46,052 nt of DNA from a virus: positions 1 to 46,052 of IMG/VR virus record IMGVR_UViG_3300045988_022330; one strand, written 5' to 3'. The position numbers were made by a program, and so were the translations under genes. The notes below the pieces were generated by a model. That model did no database searches. It worked only from the letters and a program-made list of their open reading frames with translations, and had not been told where the DNA came from. Shown here one piece after another: positions 26,106 through 33,391 of this stretch (positions are counted from its first letter, which is position 1; each line of letters starts with the position of its first letter).

Positions 26106-26320
26106 TTAATACCCCCTTTCTCCCATTTATTACAAGCCCGGCGACCTCGTACAATGCAATGCGGGTAATTGGGGCAACGCAAACAAATCGGTTTCCCGTT
26201 CAAATCTCGGTGCCTATGGTCGTCGGTTATCCATTCAGAAAAACGGCACGTATCGCAAACCTCCTTTTGCCATTGTGGTTGCGATTGGGACGGACGGGCG
26301 GCGGTTACTTTCTTTGCCAT
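26102..26320 (-). CDS. Small cysteine-rich (zinc-finger-like) protein (72 aa)
   Basis: CDTC...CLRC...C pattern. TAATG overlap with the terS stop. Confidence 0.55.
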   Translation of the reverse strand: MAKKVTAARPSQSQPQWQKEVCDTCRFSEWITDDHRHRDLNGKPICLRCPNYPHCIVRGRRACNKWEKGGIK

Positions 26321-26985
26321 TACTGCAACCCTCCTTTCTCATTCATAGCTTTTGCAAATTCGGCGGACTGCAATTTATCAGCAACGGCAAATAATAGGTC
26401 GTCCGGTATTGCCTTAACGTCATACTTTGGCTTATCGTTATCCGTTGAAGCATTAACGCCCGGTATCTCTATCTTAACGGGTGCATCAAATCCCAACATT
26501 TTTGCCCGGCGTTGTTGAATGTTCAAAAGCAAATCTAAAAAACGGGGGTTTCCGGCGGATGTTTCGGTTGCCGTCTCATTGTAGCCGTAATATTCCGGGT
26601 CGCTGTCTTCCGCATCCGTTTTAATTGGTCGCCCCTTATTGGTTTTTTCCTTGGTGCGCAATTTCCCGGTTTTAGATGCTTCCCACGCCTCCCACGCTTG
26701 CACCTCCATTGCATCCAATTTGCGCAATTCCTGTGTAACATAATCGTCGATATTATCCAACCGCTCCCGCTTCCACTCAATAAGGCATTGTTGCAAATCG
26801 TAATAAACCATTTGAAAGGTTATTGTATAACCCATTCCACGCGCGGACAAATCCCGGTTCAATGCGTCCGCAATTTCCCGGTACGAATACCCACGCAAAA
26901 ACAAATCGGAACAAAACCGAATGTCGTAAATTCGTTGTTCCTCGGAACGTTTATTATAGCCTAATGGCTTCTTTCTCTTTTTCAT
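26320..26985 (-). CDS. terS: Terminase small subunit (221 aa)
   Basis: The ATG at 26985 (MKKRKKPLGY...) is 2 nt after the HNH stop. HTH-like N-terminus (GYSYREIADAL), a helical middle, and FLDLLLNIQQRRAKMLGFDAP as is typical of small terminases. Upstream of terL. Confidence 0.7.
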   Translation of the reverse strand: MKKRKKPLGYNKRSEEQRIYDIRFCSDLFLRGYSYREIADALNRDLSARGMGYTITFQMVYYDLQQCLIEWKRERLDNIDDYVTQELRKLDAMEVQAWEAWEASKTGKLRTKEKTNKGRPIKTDAEDSDPEYYGYNETATETSAGNPRFLDLLLNIQQRRAKMLGFDAPVKIEIPGVNASTDNDKPKYDVKAIPDDLLFAVADKLQSAEFAKAMNEKGGLQ

Positions 26986-26987
26986 AG

Positions 26988-27500
26988 TCAAACCTCCTTT
27001 GCTGTCAAATCGTACTCCCATACATAGCCGCCCGCCGTTTTATATACTCCTTTACAACATCGGGTAATCGTTATATTTTTTATTCCCGTTTTTCTTTCCG
27101 CTTCCCTTATGGATTTATACCGGGCAATTTCGTTTCCGGCTTTTGAACGTTGTATTACAGCTTTAGCAATTTTATTATGTTTGCCGTTATATGTATTATT
27201 ATACTGATTATCGCACCACTCCAAATTATTGGCATTATTATTAAACTTGTTTTCGTCCTTATGATTTATTTGTTTCCAATTATTTGGATTTGGAATAAAT
27301 TCCATTGCAACTAATCTATGTACCATTAATGCAGTTAGTTTGCCGGACTTATATAACCTTACTTGCAAATAGCCCTTACCGCTTACTGTTGGCTTTAGCA
27401 ACTTACTTTTTCCAGTTCTTCCATAATTGAGGCTTTTTACATTACCATAATTGGATATTTGGTAATTCTCAAAACCAGATATATCTTTCCAAACTTCCAT
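26988..27500 (-). mobile_element. Free-standing HNH homing endonuclease (NUMOD4-like N-terminus + HNH_3-like core + C-terminal DNA-binding module), 170 aa
   Basis: WKDISGFENYQISNYGNVKS...MVHRLVAMEFIPNP...INHKDENKFNNNANNLEW. The C-terminus (ARYKSIREAERKTGI...I..CC.G..KTAGGY.WEY) looks like an IENR1/NUMOD1-type module. Paralogue of 32718..33227. AT-rich DNA. The true ATG at 27500 lies after a TATCTTTG box. Confidence 0.8.
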
Positions 27501-27512
27501 ATCTTTTTTTTG

Positions 27513-27541
27513 CAAAGATAATAAATGTTTTTCATTTGCAA
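27513..27541 (-). promoter_or_regulatory. Promoter-like site for the HNH/terminase (late) operon
   Basis: -7 box TATCTTTG at 27513..27520. An imperfect -33 (cTTGc) lies 18 nt upstream. Confidence 0.45.
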
Positions 27542-27687
27542 GTTATTTGCGGGGAATTTCCATTTTAAGAGGCTTTTGTTATTAACTCAATACTTTTATT
27601 GTCTTAATGGTTATCTTTCAACCACGTGGCAAATTTACGGGTTTTCCGGGGCATTGCCAAACCTTTGTTATCTCATGTATATAAACG

Positions 27688-27716
27688 GCAAAACCCCGGC
27701 GTTTGTTTCCGGGGTT
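27688..27716 (-). terminator. Rho-independent terminator ending the early/DNA-metabolism operon
   Basis: Minus strand reads AACCCCGG-aaacaaacg-CCGGGGTT followed by TTTGCCGTTT, 7 nt after the stop at 27723. Confidence 0.75.
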
Positions 27717-27722
27717 ATTTGC

Positions 27723-27860
27723 TCAATTGGGGCGTTTTGCTTTTTCTCTCAAATCGACGCTTTGGGCGTTCAATTCGATTATCATTTTTACCCCGGTTTC
27801 AACAATGCCTTTGTTCTCGCATGTCTTACAATAGGGACTTTTGCAATTACAATGTTTCAT
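27723..27860 (-). CDS. Small cysteine-rich protein (45 aa), below the ORF-track cutoff
   Basis: Hand translation gives MKHCNCKSPYCKTCENKGIVETGVKMIIELNAQSVDLREKAKRPN. ATGA overlap with the upstream ORF, and a terminator follows. Confidence 0.5.
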   Translation of the reverse strand: MKHCNCKSPYCKTCENKGIVETGVKMIIELNAQSVDLREKAKRPN

Positions 27861-28027
27861 TCTTCAAATGGTTTTTCGTTCGTTTCCCCCGTTACCCAAA
27901 GCCAAAATTGTTGTATTCCGTCCTCGTAACTCATACCGGGATATTGGGAACCGTCGTTTATGCCGTCGGCGGCTTTATTCAATTGTTCGTTAATCTCAGC
28001 GTCGGTGCGCTTTATCTCGTAACTCAT
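27857..28027 (-). CDS. Small hypothetical protein (56 aa), below the ORF-track cutoff
   Basis: Hand translation gives MSYEIKRTDAEINEQLNKAADGINDGSQYPGMSYEDGIQQFWLWVTGETNEKPFEE. ATGA overlaps at both ends. Confidence 0.55.
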   Translation of the reverse strand: MSYEIKRTDAEINEQLNKAADGINDGSQYPGMSYEDGIQQFWLWVTGETNEKPFEE

Positions 28028-28509
28028 TGTTCGCCTCCTTTCCGGTTCTTTCGTTTATTCTTTCCCCGGCGTTTATCCCATGGGTTCTTTTTCAAATCGA
28101 CCCGTTGTATTTGTATTTTGGAACCGGGGAACATATCAGCAAAGAAAGCCGCCATTGCTTCCACTTCTTTTGGGACGTCGTGCGCCTCCGGTTTCTTGTA
28201 CTCCCTTTTGCGTTCCGGTTGGTTTTCCATTTGGACGGCGGGGCAAACGTCGATAAGCGGGCAACCCTTACAAGTTTTCACGGGCTTTGCTTTTTGGCTT
28301 TCGCAAATGGCTTTATATTTCCGGTCATTATCTGCCTTTCTAAAACCGTGCCAATCGTCCCGTACTTTGGACGCATCGGCAAAAGCCTCCATTGCTGCAA
28401 CTGCAACACTCGCTAAAATGTAATCCGGGGTATCATTGAAATTACCCTCCAATGAATTGCGGTTGATAACTTCCGCAATCTCCTTTACAAACTTTTCTCT
28501 TTTATTCAT
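28024..28509 (-). CDS. Hypothetical protein (161 aa) with a basic C-terminal tail
   Basis: ORF with the GAGCGATG start context. CKGCPLIDVC motif and a KRRGKNKRKNRK tail. Confidence 0.6.
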   Translation of the reverse strand: MNKREKFVKEIAEVINRNSLEGNFNDTPDYILASVAVAAMEAFADASKVRDDWHGFRKADNDRKYKAICESQKAKPVKTCKGCPLIDVCPAVQMENQPERKREYKKPEAHDVPKEVEAMAAFFADMFPGSKIQIQRVDLKKNPWDKRRGKNKRKNRKGGEQ

Positions 28510-29257
28510 CGCTCAATTGTTGTTTATTGATATAATATTGGCACGGCATAACACCGCAATTTTGCTTTTCTTGGAACGCTTCACAATATCCGTTGCCGTC
28601 GGCATCTTCATGCAGGAAATGAACACAATTACCGCATCCGCTTGTTTCATCCGGTTGTATTTGGGATTTTTCGGCGGGTATTTCTTTTGGCTCAAATTCC
28701 CGTTTGAAATCCTTTTCGGGGCGGGCAGTAAATCGTCCGTTTGGCTCCCGGATAATAAACCAATCTTCCGGTACATCAATGAATATTCCGTTACCGTCCG
28801 GGAATGAATAAACCGCCTTTCCGTTCGGGGTTCTTGGGGTCGTAACCGTTCCGCCGCCTGTAAACTTCAATACGTCGTTCACGTTGTCCCGGCGAAATTG
28901 GATTGCATCAACTTCCAACATTATGCGGCAATACCGGGAACCCGCCGTTGCGTCCGGGTCGGCTAACTTGGTTCTTACCTCTTCCGGGTATTCTTCCGGG
29001 TCGTACTTCATATAAACCGATTGTTTGTTATCAGCATAGGAGAACTCAATAAAACGGTCTCCCAAACGTCCCCGGATTGCTTGTTTCAACGCTGCAATCC
29101 TTTGCGCCTCCGGCTTATCCTTTCCCTCGCTACCATTTTGCGACCAACTTAAACGTATCGACGTATCGGACGCTGTAACATTAATTTCTTGTTGTGTAAT
29201 GTCCTCAATCATTGCGCACATATCGCAATCAAAGGGGCTTAATACTTGTTTATTCAT
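28502..29257 (-). CDS. Hypothetical protein (251 aa) with a C-terminal Cys cluster
   Basis: TTTAGAGCGATG start context. C-terminal GCGNCVHF...GYCEAF...CGVMPC. Confidence 0.6.
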   Translation of the reverse strand: MNKQVLSPFDCDMCAMIEDITQQEINVTASDTSIRLSWSQNGSEGKDKPEAQRIAALKQAIRGRLGDRFIEFSYADNKQSVYMKYDPEEYPEEVRTKLADPDATAGSRYCRIMLEVDAIQFRRDNVNDVLKFTGGGTVTTPRTPNGKAVYSFPDGNGIFIDVPEDWFIIREPNGRFTARPEKDFKREFEPKEIPAEKSQIQPDETSGCGNCVHFLHEDADGNGYCEAFQEKQNCGVMPCQYYINKQQLSDE

Positions 29258-29268
29258 CGCTCTAAAAT

Positions 29269-29625
29269 TTATTTGTTATTACTATCCGGGGCGGCGGGTG
29301 CCTTAACTCCGGCTATTGTTCCATTGTAATTAAACTCCAACGCACAATCTTTAAATTCTCCGGCAATCCTCAAAAAACGCCAATAAATCGTTTTTCTGTC
29401 ATTCCTATGGAATTTATCGCATTTCCTACCGATTGCGGGGCAATCCTCCCTTTTGATTTTACAACGAACGCATCGTTGCAGGAAAATTGCGGGGTTGTTG
29501 TTGGCTAATCGAGCATCCGCCGCCGTCCATATTTCCGCTATCAATACCATACCCCGGTAAACGCAACGTTCGCCGGGGCTGTATTCCTTATCCGGGTCAA
29601 ATGGTGCGGGCTGTCTTATTCTCAT
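29269..29625 (-). CDS. Cysteine-rich hypothetical protein (118 aa)
   Basis: ORF with an ATGA overlap to the upstream lipoprotein gene. Confidence 0.55.
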   Translation of the reverse strand: MRIRQPAPFDPDKEYSPGERCVYRGMVLIAEIWTAADARLANNNPAIFLQRCVRCKIKREDCPAIGRKCDKFHRNDRKTIYWRFLRIAGEFKDCALEFNYNGTIAGVKAPAAPDSNNK

Positions 29626-29918
29626 TTGTCGCCCGCCTCACTTACATACTCAAACAATGCGTCCAAATCTTCCTTTGCGCCTCTAACGGTAACTCTTACC
29701 CGGTTGCCTCCGGCTAATGCGGTCTCAATGATTTGGCAATTGTAACGTTCGGCGTTAATCTGTAACATCGCCGCCGTTGCGTTCGTGACAAACTCGTTTC
29801 TTTCTTCCATGCTCTCGGTTTTTTTAATTGATAAATACGCTTCCATCGGTTCGCTATCTTGTTGGCAGGCTCCTAACAAAAGCGTTGCCAAAGATAACAA
29901 TAAAATCTTTGCTTTCAT
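29622..29918 (-). CDS. Lipoprotein (98 aa)
   Basis: The internal ATG at 29918 gives MKAKILLLSLATLLLGAC..., a signal peptide plus lipobox (LLGAC). The longer track ORF (to 30134) conflicts with a better-supported upstream ORF. Confidence 0.65.
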   Translation of the reverse strand: MKAKILLLSLATLLLGACQQDSEPMEAYLSIKKTESMEERNEFVTNATAAMLQINAERYNCQIIETALAGGNRVRVTVRGAKEDLDALFEYVSEAGDK

Positions 29919-29922
29919 AACT

Positions 29923-30168
29923 TTACTTTCTTTTAATCCATATAAACCGTATGCCGATACCGACAAACAATATTTTCGCCTCAACATCAACGTAACGGTC
30001 GTAACCGTTGACCGCATCCACGGACACGCCGGGAATAACAAACCAACTCTTATATTTCCAATATTCCCGGACGTAACCACAAACGCCAACCCGTCCGATA
30101 TGGAACCCAATTTGCGCCGTATGTACGTCGCCATTCTTTCGGATAACTCCTATTCTTTTCTTACTCAT
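29923..30168 (-). CDS. Small hypothetical protein (81 aa)
   Basis: ATGA overlap with the ASCH gene stop. Its own stop is 4 nt before the lipoprotein ATG. Alternating hydrophobic pattern suggests beta-strands. Confidence 0.5.
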   Translation of the reverse strand: MSKKRIGVIRKNGDVHTAQIGFHIGRVGVCGYVREYWKYKSWFVIPGVSVDAVNGYDRYVDVEAKILFVGIGIRFIWIKRK

Positions 30169-30668
30169 TTTTCTTTCTTATTCAATAGTTCGTAACTCTC
30201 TTTATCTATCACTACTACCGTCGGATATTCGGTTATCACTCCTTTTGTGTACACCAAATTGTAAATGCCCAATTGCCCTTTAATTGGGAACTCAACAACC
30301 CGGCGGGGGTTACGCATCAACCACCCGAAGCCCTTTGTAATGTTTTTGCGCTTTTCGGACGGTATGCGGGTATTCTCCCAATCTTCCGGCGTAAAATCTT
30401 TAATCGGCTTCACGTCGTATAATTCAACCAATCCCAATGTAACCCCACTTTCATAACCGGGAATTACAGGATTAGCGGACGAACAAATCATTAAATCGCC
30501 TCGGTATGGTGTATTCTTACTGCGTACCTCAATGCACTTTTCGCCGTAAACAACTCCGTTATCCTTATAAGCCGCCGTAACCAATTGCGTTGCATACGGG
30601 TTTTTAACGGTTAATGCCCGCCAACGGTCATGTTGGGCGGGGTTGAAATCCTTGTTAGTAAACTGCAT
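30165..30668 (-). CDS. ASCH (PUA-like fold) domain protein (167 aa)
   Basis: The ATG at 30668 (MQFTNKDF...) overlaps the radical SAM stop by 14 nt. ALTVKNPYATQLV...GEKCIEVRS..T.YRGDLMICSS...G..LG.VELYDV matches my memory of the ASCH domain pattern. Confidence 0.6.
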   Translation of the reverse strand: MQFTNKDFNPAQHDRWRALTVKNPYATQLVTAAYKDNGVVYGEKCIEVRSKNTPYRGDLMICSSANPVIPGYESGVTLGLVELYDVKPIKDFTPEDWENTRIPSEKRKNITKGFGWLMRNPRRVVEFPIKGQLGIYNLVYTKGVITEYPTVVVIDKESYELLNKKEK

Positions 30669-31515
30669 AATCGTTATTATCTTGGTTAAACAAATCGTAA
30701 TTTGCCGGGACACAATAACTGGGCAATAAATCTCGGTTAATCCCGGACGCTTTAACAAAACTCTCTTTCCAATACAACCGGGGCGTTGTGTGCGGGTGCG
30801 CCTCCCAATATTCGGCAACGTCGTTGTAAAATCCTAATGTTTCCTTTTTCGTATATCTGCAACCGCTTTGCAGCCCTATTTTAAATAAGTCAACAAAAGG
30901 GTATGATAACGCAATTACAGAAAATGCCCGGTCAAACATTCCCGGCGGTATTGGTTCAACGCTCGCAAAGGTTGGGAATCCGTGCTGTTTTGCCCTTGCT
31001 AACGTGCTTATCCGCATCCGGTTGGGGCTTGCATTTGGTTCTAATTCGTCGCATCCCGTCAACGTGGAACCAATCGCAATACGTGTTTTGTCCCATCCCG
31101 CCGACGCTTCGACAAAATCAATGAGTATATTAATACCCTCGGCGCATTTGCTCAATACCTTAACCGGGACGTTGTGGCGTTGACAAACGCCAATCGCTTG
31201 ACGGGTCAACCGTTGCGTTTCCGGTAATAACGGGTCGGTTGTAAAAGAGAAAAACAAACCCGTTTTTTGCAATTCTTCTTTATGCTTCAACAACTCATTC
31301 GTAAATATGTCGATTGCATACGGATATTCTCGCAAAGTCTTTTTCAATTCGGGGCGGTTGCCTCCCAATACCTTTGCCCCAATACCTTTGCGCAAATAAC
31401 AATAGGTGCAACCATTTGAGCAACCTACAAAGAAATTGGCGGCGTTCTCGGCATATTCCGCCGCCTTTCCCTTTGGGCTATAAATAACCCGTCCGTTTAT
31501 TCCTCCCATATCCAT
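30655..31515 (-). CDS. Radical SAM enzyme, SplB / COG1533 (DNA repair photolyase)-like (286 aa)
   Basis: CX3CX2C cluster in the context PKGKAAEYAENAANFFVGCSNGCTYCYLRKG, close to the N-terminus as in spore-photoproduct-lyase-like proteins. Confidence 0.65.
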   Translation of the reverse strand: MDMGGINGRVIYSPKGKAAEYAENAANFFVGCSNGCTYCYLRKGIGAKVLGGNRPELKKTLREYPYAIDIFTNELLKHKEELQKTGLFFSFTTDPLLPETQRLTRQAIGVCQRHNVPVKVLSKCAEGINILIDFVEASAGWDKTRIAIGSTLTGCDELEPNASPNRMRISTLARAKQHGFPTFASVEPIPPGMFDRAFSVIALSYPFVDLFKIGLQSGCRYTKKETLGFYNDVAEYWEAHPHTTPRLYWKESFVKASGINRDLLPSYCVPANYDLFNQDNNDYAVY

Positions 31516-31520
31516 GCAGA

Positions 31521-31928
31521 TTAAAACGGTAAATCATCGTTTTGGCTTGGTGCGGGGGCTTCCGGCACGGGCGGCGGGGCTTGTGTCCCGGTTCCTTTCG
31601 GTGTCAACATTTCCATATCGTAACCGACAACCTCCGTAATATATCTTTTTACGCCCTGCGCATCGTCATAACTTCGGGTTCTCAATTCCCCCTCAATATA
31701 AAGTTTATCGCCCTTTTTAACGTACTGATTGGCAACTTTCGCTAAACCGTTTTGCAATACTACGTTGTGCCATTCGGTACGCTCCGGGATTTGCTTTCCG
31801 TCCTTTGTGGTAAAACCTCGTTTCGTGGTTGCCAACGAAAAGGTCGCAACGCAACCGCCGTTGTCGAACTCCTTAAAATCCGGGGCTTTCCCTGTATGCC
31901 CCAATAAAGTAACTTTGTTTACACTCAT
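31521..31928 (-). CDS. ssb: Single-stranded DNA-binding protein
   Basis: OB-fold signature (VTLLGHTGK.P......G..VATFSLATT...........TEWHNVV......A......KGDKLYIEGELRTRSY.D..G..RY.TEVV), a Pro-rich linker and a C-terminal acidic tip DDLPF. Confidence 0.9.
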   Translation of the reverse strand: MSVNKVTLLGHTGKAPDFKEFDNGGCVATFSLATTKRGFTTKDGKQIPERTEWHNVVLQNGLAKVANQYVKKGDKLYIEGELRTRSYDDAQGVKRYITEVVGYDMEMLTPKGTGTQAPPPVPEAPAPSQNDDLPF

Positions 31929-31930
31929 AA

Positions 31931-32284
31931 TTATTTGAATTTAATACCATCTAACAAATACAATTTCTTATTATCAGACCAACCCGCCGCCATGTTTAAG
32001 GCTTTCCGGTCGTCGTCGTGTACAAACTCGCAATACCACGAATTGCCGCCAACGTTCGCTTTTTCTTTCAGTCGTACCAATTTACCGACAATGTAACGGG
32101 CAAATTTGGCGTACCCGCTAACCTCTGATATATGAATAATGCGACGTTCGGCGTTTATTTTTGGCAATTCTTCGATTTGCGGGCGTTTTTCCTCGGCGGG
32201 GTATCTTTGTACCCTCTGAAAGTCTTTTTTGATTGACGACCGGGAAATTGCCCCAAAATCGGGGGTTCTCTTTTTTGTTCTCAT
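31931..32284 (-). CDS. Hypothetical protein (117 aa)
   Basis: ORF tightly packed between the HNH-like gene and ssb. Confidence 0.55.
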   Translation of the reverse strand: MRTKKRTPDFGAISRSSIKKDFQRVQRYPAEEKRPQIEELPKINAERRIIHISEVSGYAKFARYIVGKLVRLKEKANVGGNSWYCEFVHDDDRKALNMAAGWSDNKKLYLLDGIKFK

Positions 32285-32736
32285 TAACCTAACATTAATT
32301 GTTGATACTCGGCTTTCATTAACTCAATTAACCGCATATTTGCCGGGTAAATTCTCATTCGTTCCCGGTTGCCGTTTTCCCATTCGTTGTGGTGTTCAAA
32401 GCAAAGTATATTTATATTTCTTGCATCATGCGCCGCCTCCGGGAATGCTCCACGGGTTAAAATGTGGGAACAATACACGGCGGAATAATTCCGCAATGGT
32501 TTTAAACATTCCTCGCATCGGTGCGGCTTATTATCCCATACCCAACGAAAAAACCGTTCATTTGCCGCCATGATATTTGCACCACGTCCGAAAACACAAT
32601 GTCCGAACAACTCCCTTTGTATCTCAACCCTCAAACGAATATCCATTGTAAAGTTACGAATATCCAATAATGGTTGATACCCACGGGATACAACATAATT
32701 ATAACTTTCTCGGTCGTCTATGATAATTGTTTCCAT
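32284..32736 (-). CDS. HNH/beta-beta-alpha-Me-type nuclease-like protein (150 aa)
   Basis: HRCEECLKPL...CSHILTRG..PEAAHDARNINILCFEHHNEWE has the Cys pair and the His/Asn/His spacing of HNH nucleases. Confidence 0.5.
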   Translation of the reverse strand: METIIIDDRESYNYVVSRGYQPLLDIRNFTMDIRLRVEIQRELFGHCVFGRGANIMAANERFFRWVWDNKPHRCEECLKPLRNYSAVYCSHILTRGAFPEAAHDARNINILCFEHHNEWENGNRERMRIYPANMRLIELMKAEYQQLMLG

Positions 32737-33227
32737 ACAAAACCATTATAATTGCGGGTTTTCCCCTCTATGTTTTTACAAATACCTTTTCGCAAAAATC
32801 CGCTTTTCTTTGCCTCGGCAAATGATATATACGTTTTTATCAAATTACCGTTCAAATCATATTGCGCCAATCCTTTTGCAGCGTAATGCGGTTTATTACT
32901 CAATATACGCTTTAACTTATCAACCGTTACCGGGTTATTGCTATTTTCTTTTGGTGTAACCCAACGTAAATTGCAAATTCGGTTATCAGTTACATTTCCG
33001 TTTATGTGGTCAACTTGTTGTTTGTTGTCCGGGTTGGGAATGAATGCCGCCGCAACTAATCTATGAACTAAAAAAACGTGCCTTTTGCCGTTCTTGTATA
33101 ATCCAATGGCATTGTATCCATTTATTTTCCACGGCTTCAACATTACATCAGTTTTCACACTAAATACATTTCCCGTATCGTCAATACAATAACCGGGGAA
33201 TCCTCCAATTTCTTTTAAATTTTCCAT
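32718..33227 (-). mobile_element. Free-standing HNH homing endonuclease (NUMOD4-like + HNH_3-like), 169 aa
   Basis: GGFPGYCIDDTGNVFS...LVHRLVAAAFIPNP...VDHINGNVTDNRICNLRWVTPKEN. The C-terminus (ISFAEAKKSGF...I.....NYNGFVWK) looks like a DNA-binding module. ATG at 33227; the track start is a TTG three codons upstream. Confidence 0.8.
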
Positions 33228-33252
33228 ATTTGCCAACTTTATAAGTAAGCCA

Positions 33253-33325
33253 ACATTAAGAGAAACGGGGACGGGCTGTTGGCTTTGCCCTTTTCGGCTG
33301 GTAGCTACTCCAACCTATCCCCGTT
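33253..33325 (-). other. Structured leader (long-range 9-bp stem AAACGGGGA/TCCCCGTTT enclosing smaller hairpins)
   Basis: Minus strand reads aAAACGGGGAtaGGTTGGagtaGCTaccAGCcgaaaagGGCaaaGCCAACagcccgTCCCCGTTTc. It lies between the TATATTTG box and the HNH ATG. Confidence 0.45.
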
Positions 33326-33332
33326 TGTTTTG

Positions 33333-33340
33333 CAAATATA
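33333..33340 (-). promoter_or_regulatory. Promoter-like -7 box TATATTTG
   Basis: Perfect TAnnTTTG in the 155-bp intergenic gap. No -33 TTTG at the canonical spacing. Confidence 0.35.
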
Positions 33341-33391
33341 GCAAATTTATTGGTATTCGTCCCGGTCTGTTAGCAAATACGGTTCCATGCC

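Noticed and set aside
27626-28423. 265-aa plus-strand ORF (and 27525..27929), the longest plus-strand ORFs in a region with few listed minus-strand ORFs
   Set aside because: Low-complexity, Phe/Leu/Ser/Cys-rich translation with no start context. The same DNA encodes, on the minus strand, a chain of ATGA-coupled genes (28024..28509, 27857..28027, 27723..27860) followed by a terminator. It fits a shadow ORF.
29622-30134. The full 170-aa version of the lipoprotein ORF
   Set aside because: Its N-terminal 72 residues overlap, in another frame, an 81-aa ORF that is ATGA-coupled to the ASCH gene. The internal Met gives a textbook signal peptide plus lipobox, so the short form was preferred.
33253-33325. 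Possible tRNA or small RNA gene in the 155-bp gap
   Set aside because: A 7-9-bp terminal stem exists, but the enclosed segment is only ~46 nt and does not form a D/anticodon/T cloverleaf. It is too short for a tRNA and was kept only as a structured leader.
32718-33391. Group I intron carrying the HNH endonuclease
   Set aside because: The flanking ORFs (33392..34081 and 32284..32736) are complete, unrelated genes with their own start and stop codons and do not join into a split gene. The same holds for the copy upstream of terS. Both endonucleases appear free-standing.
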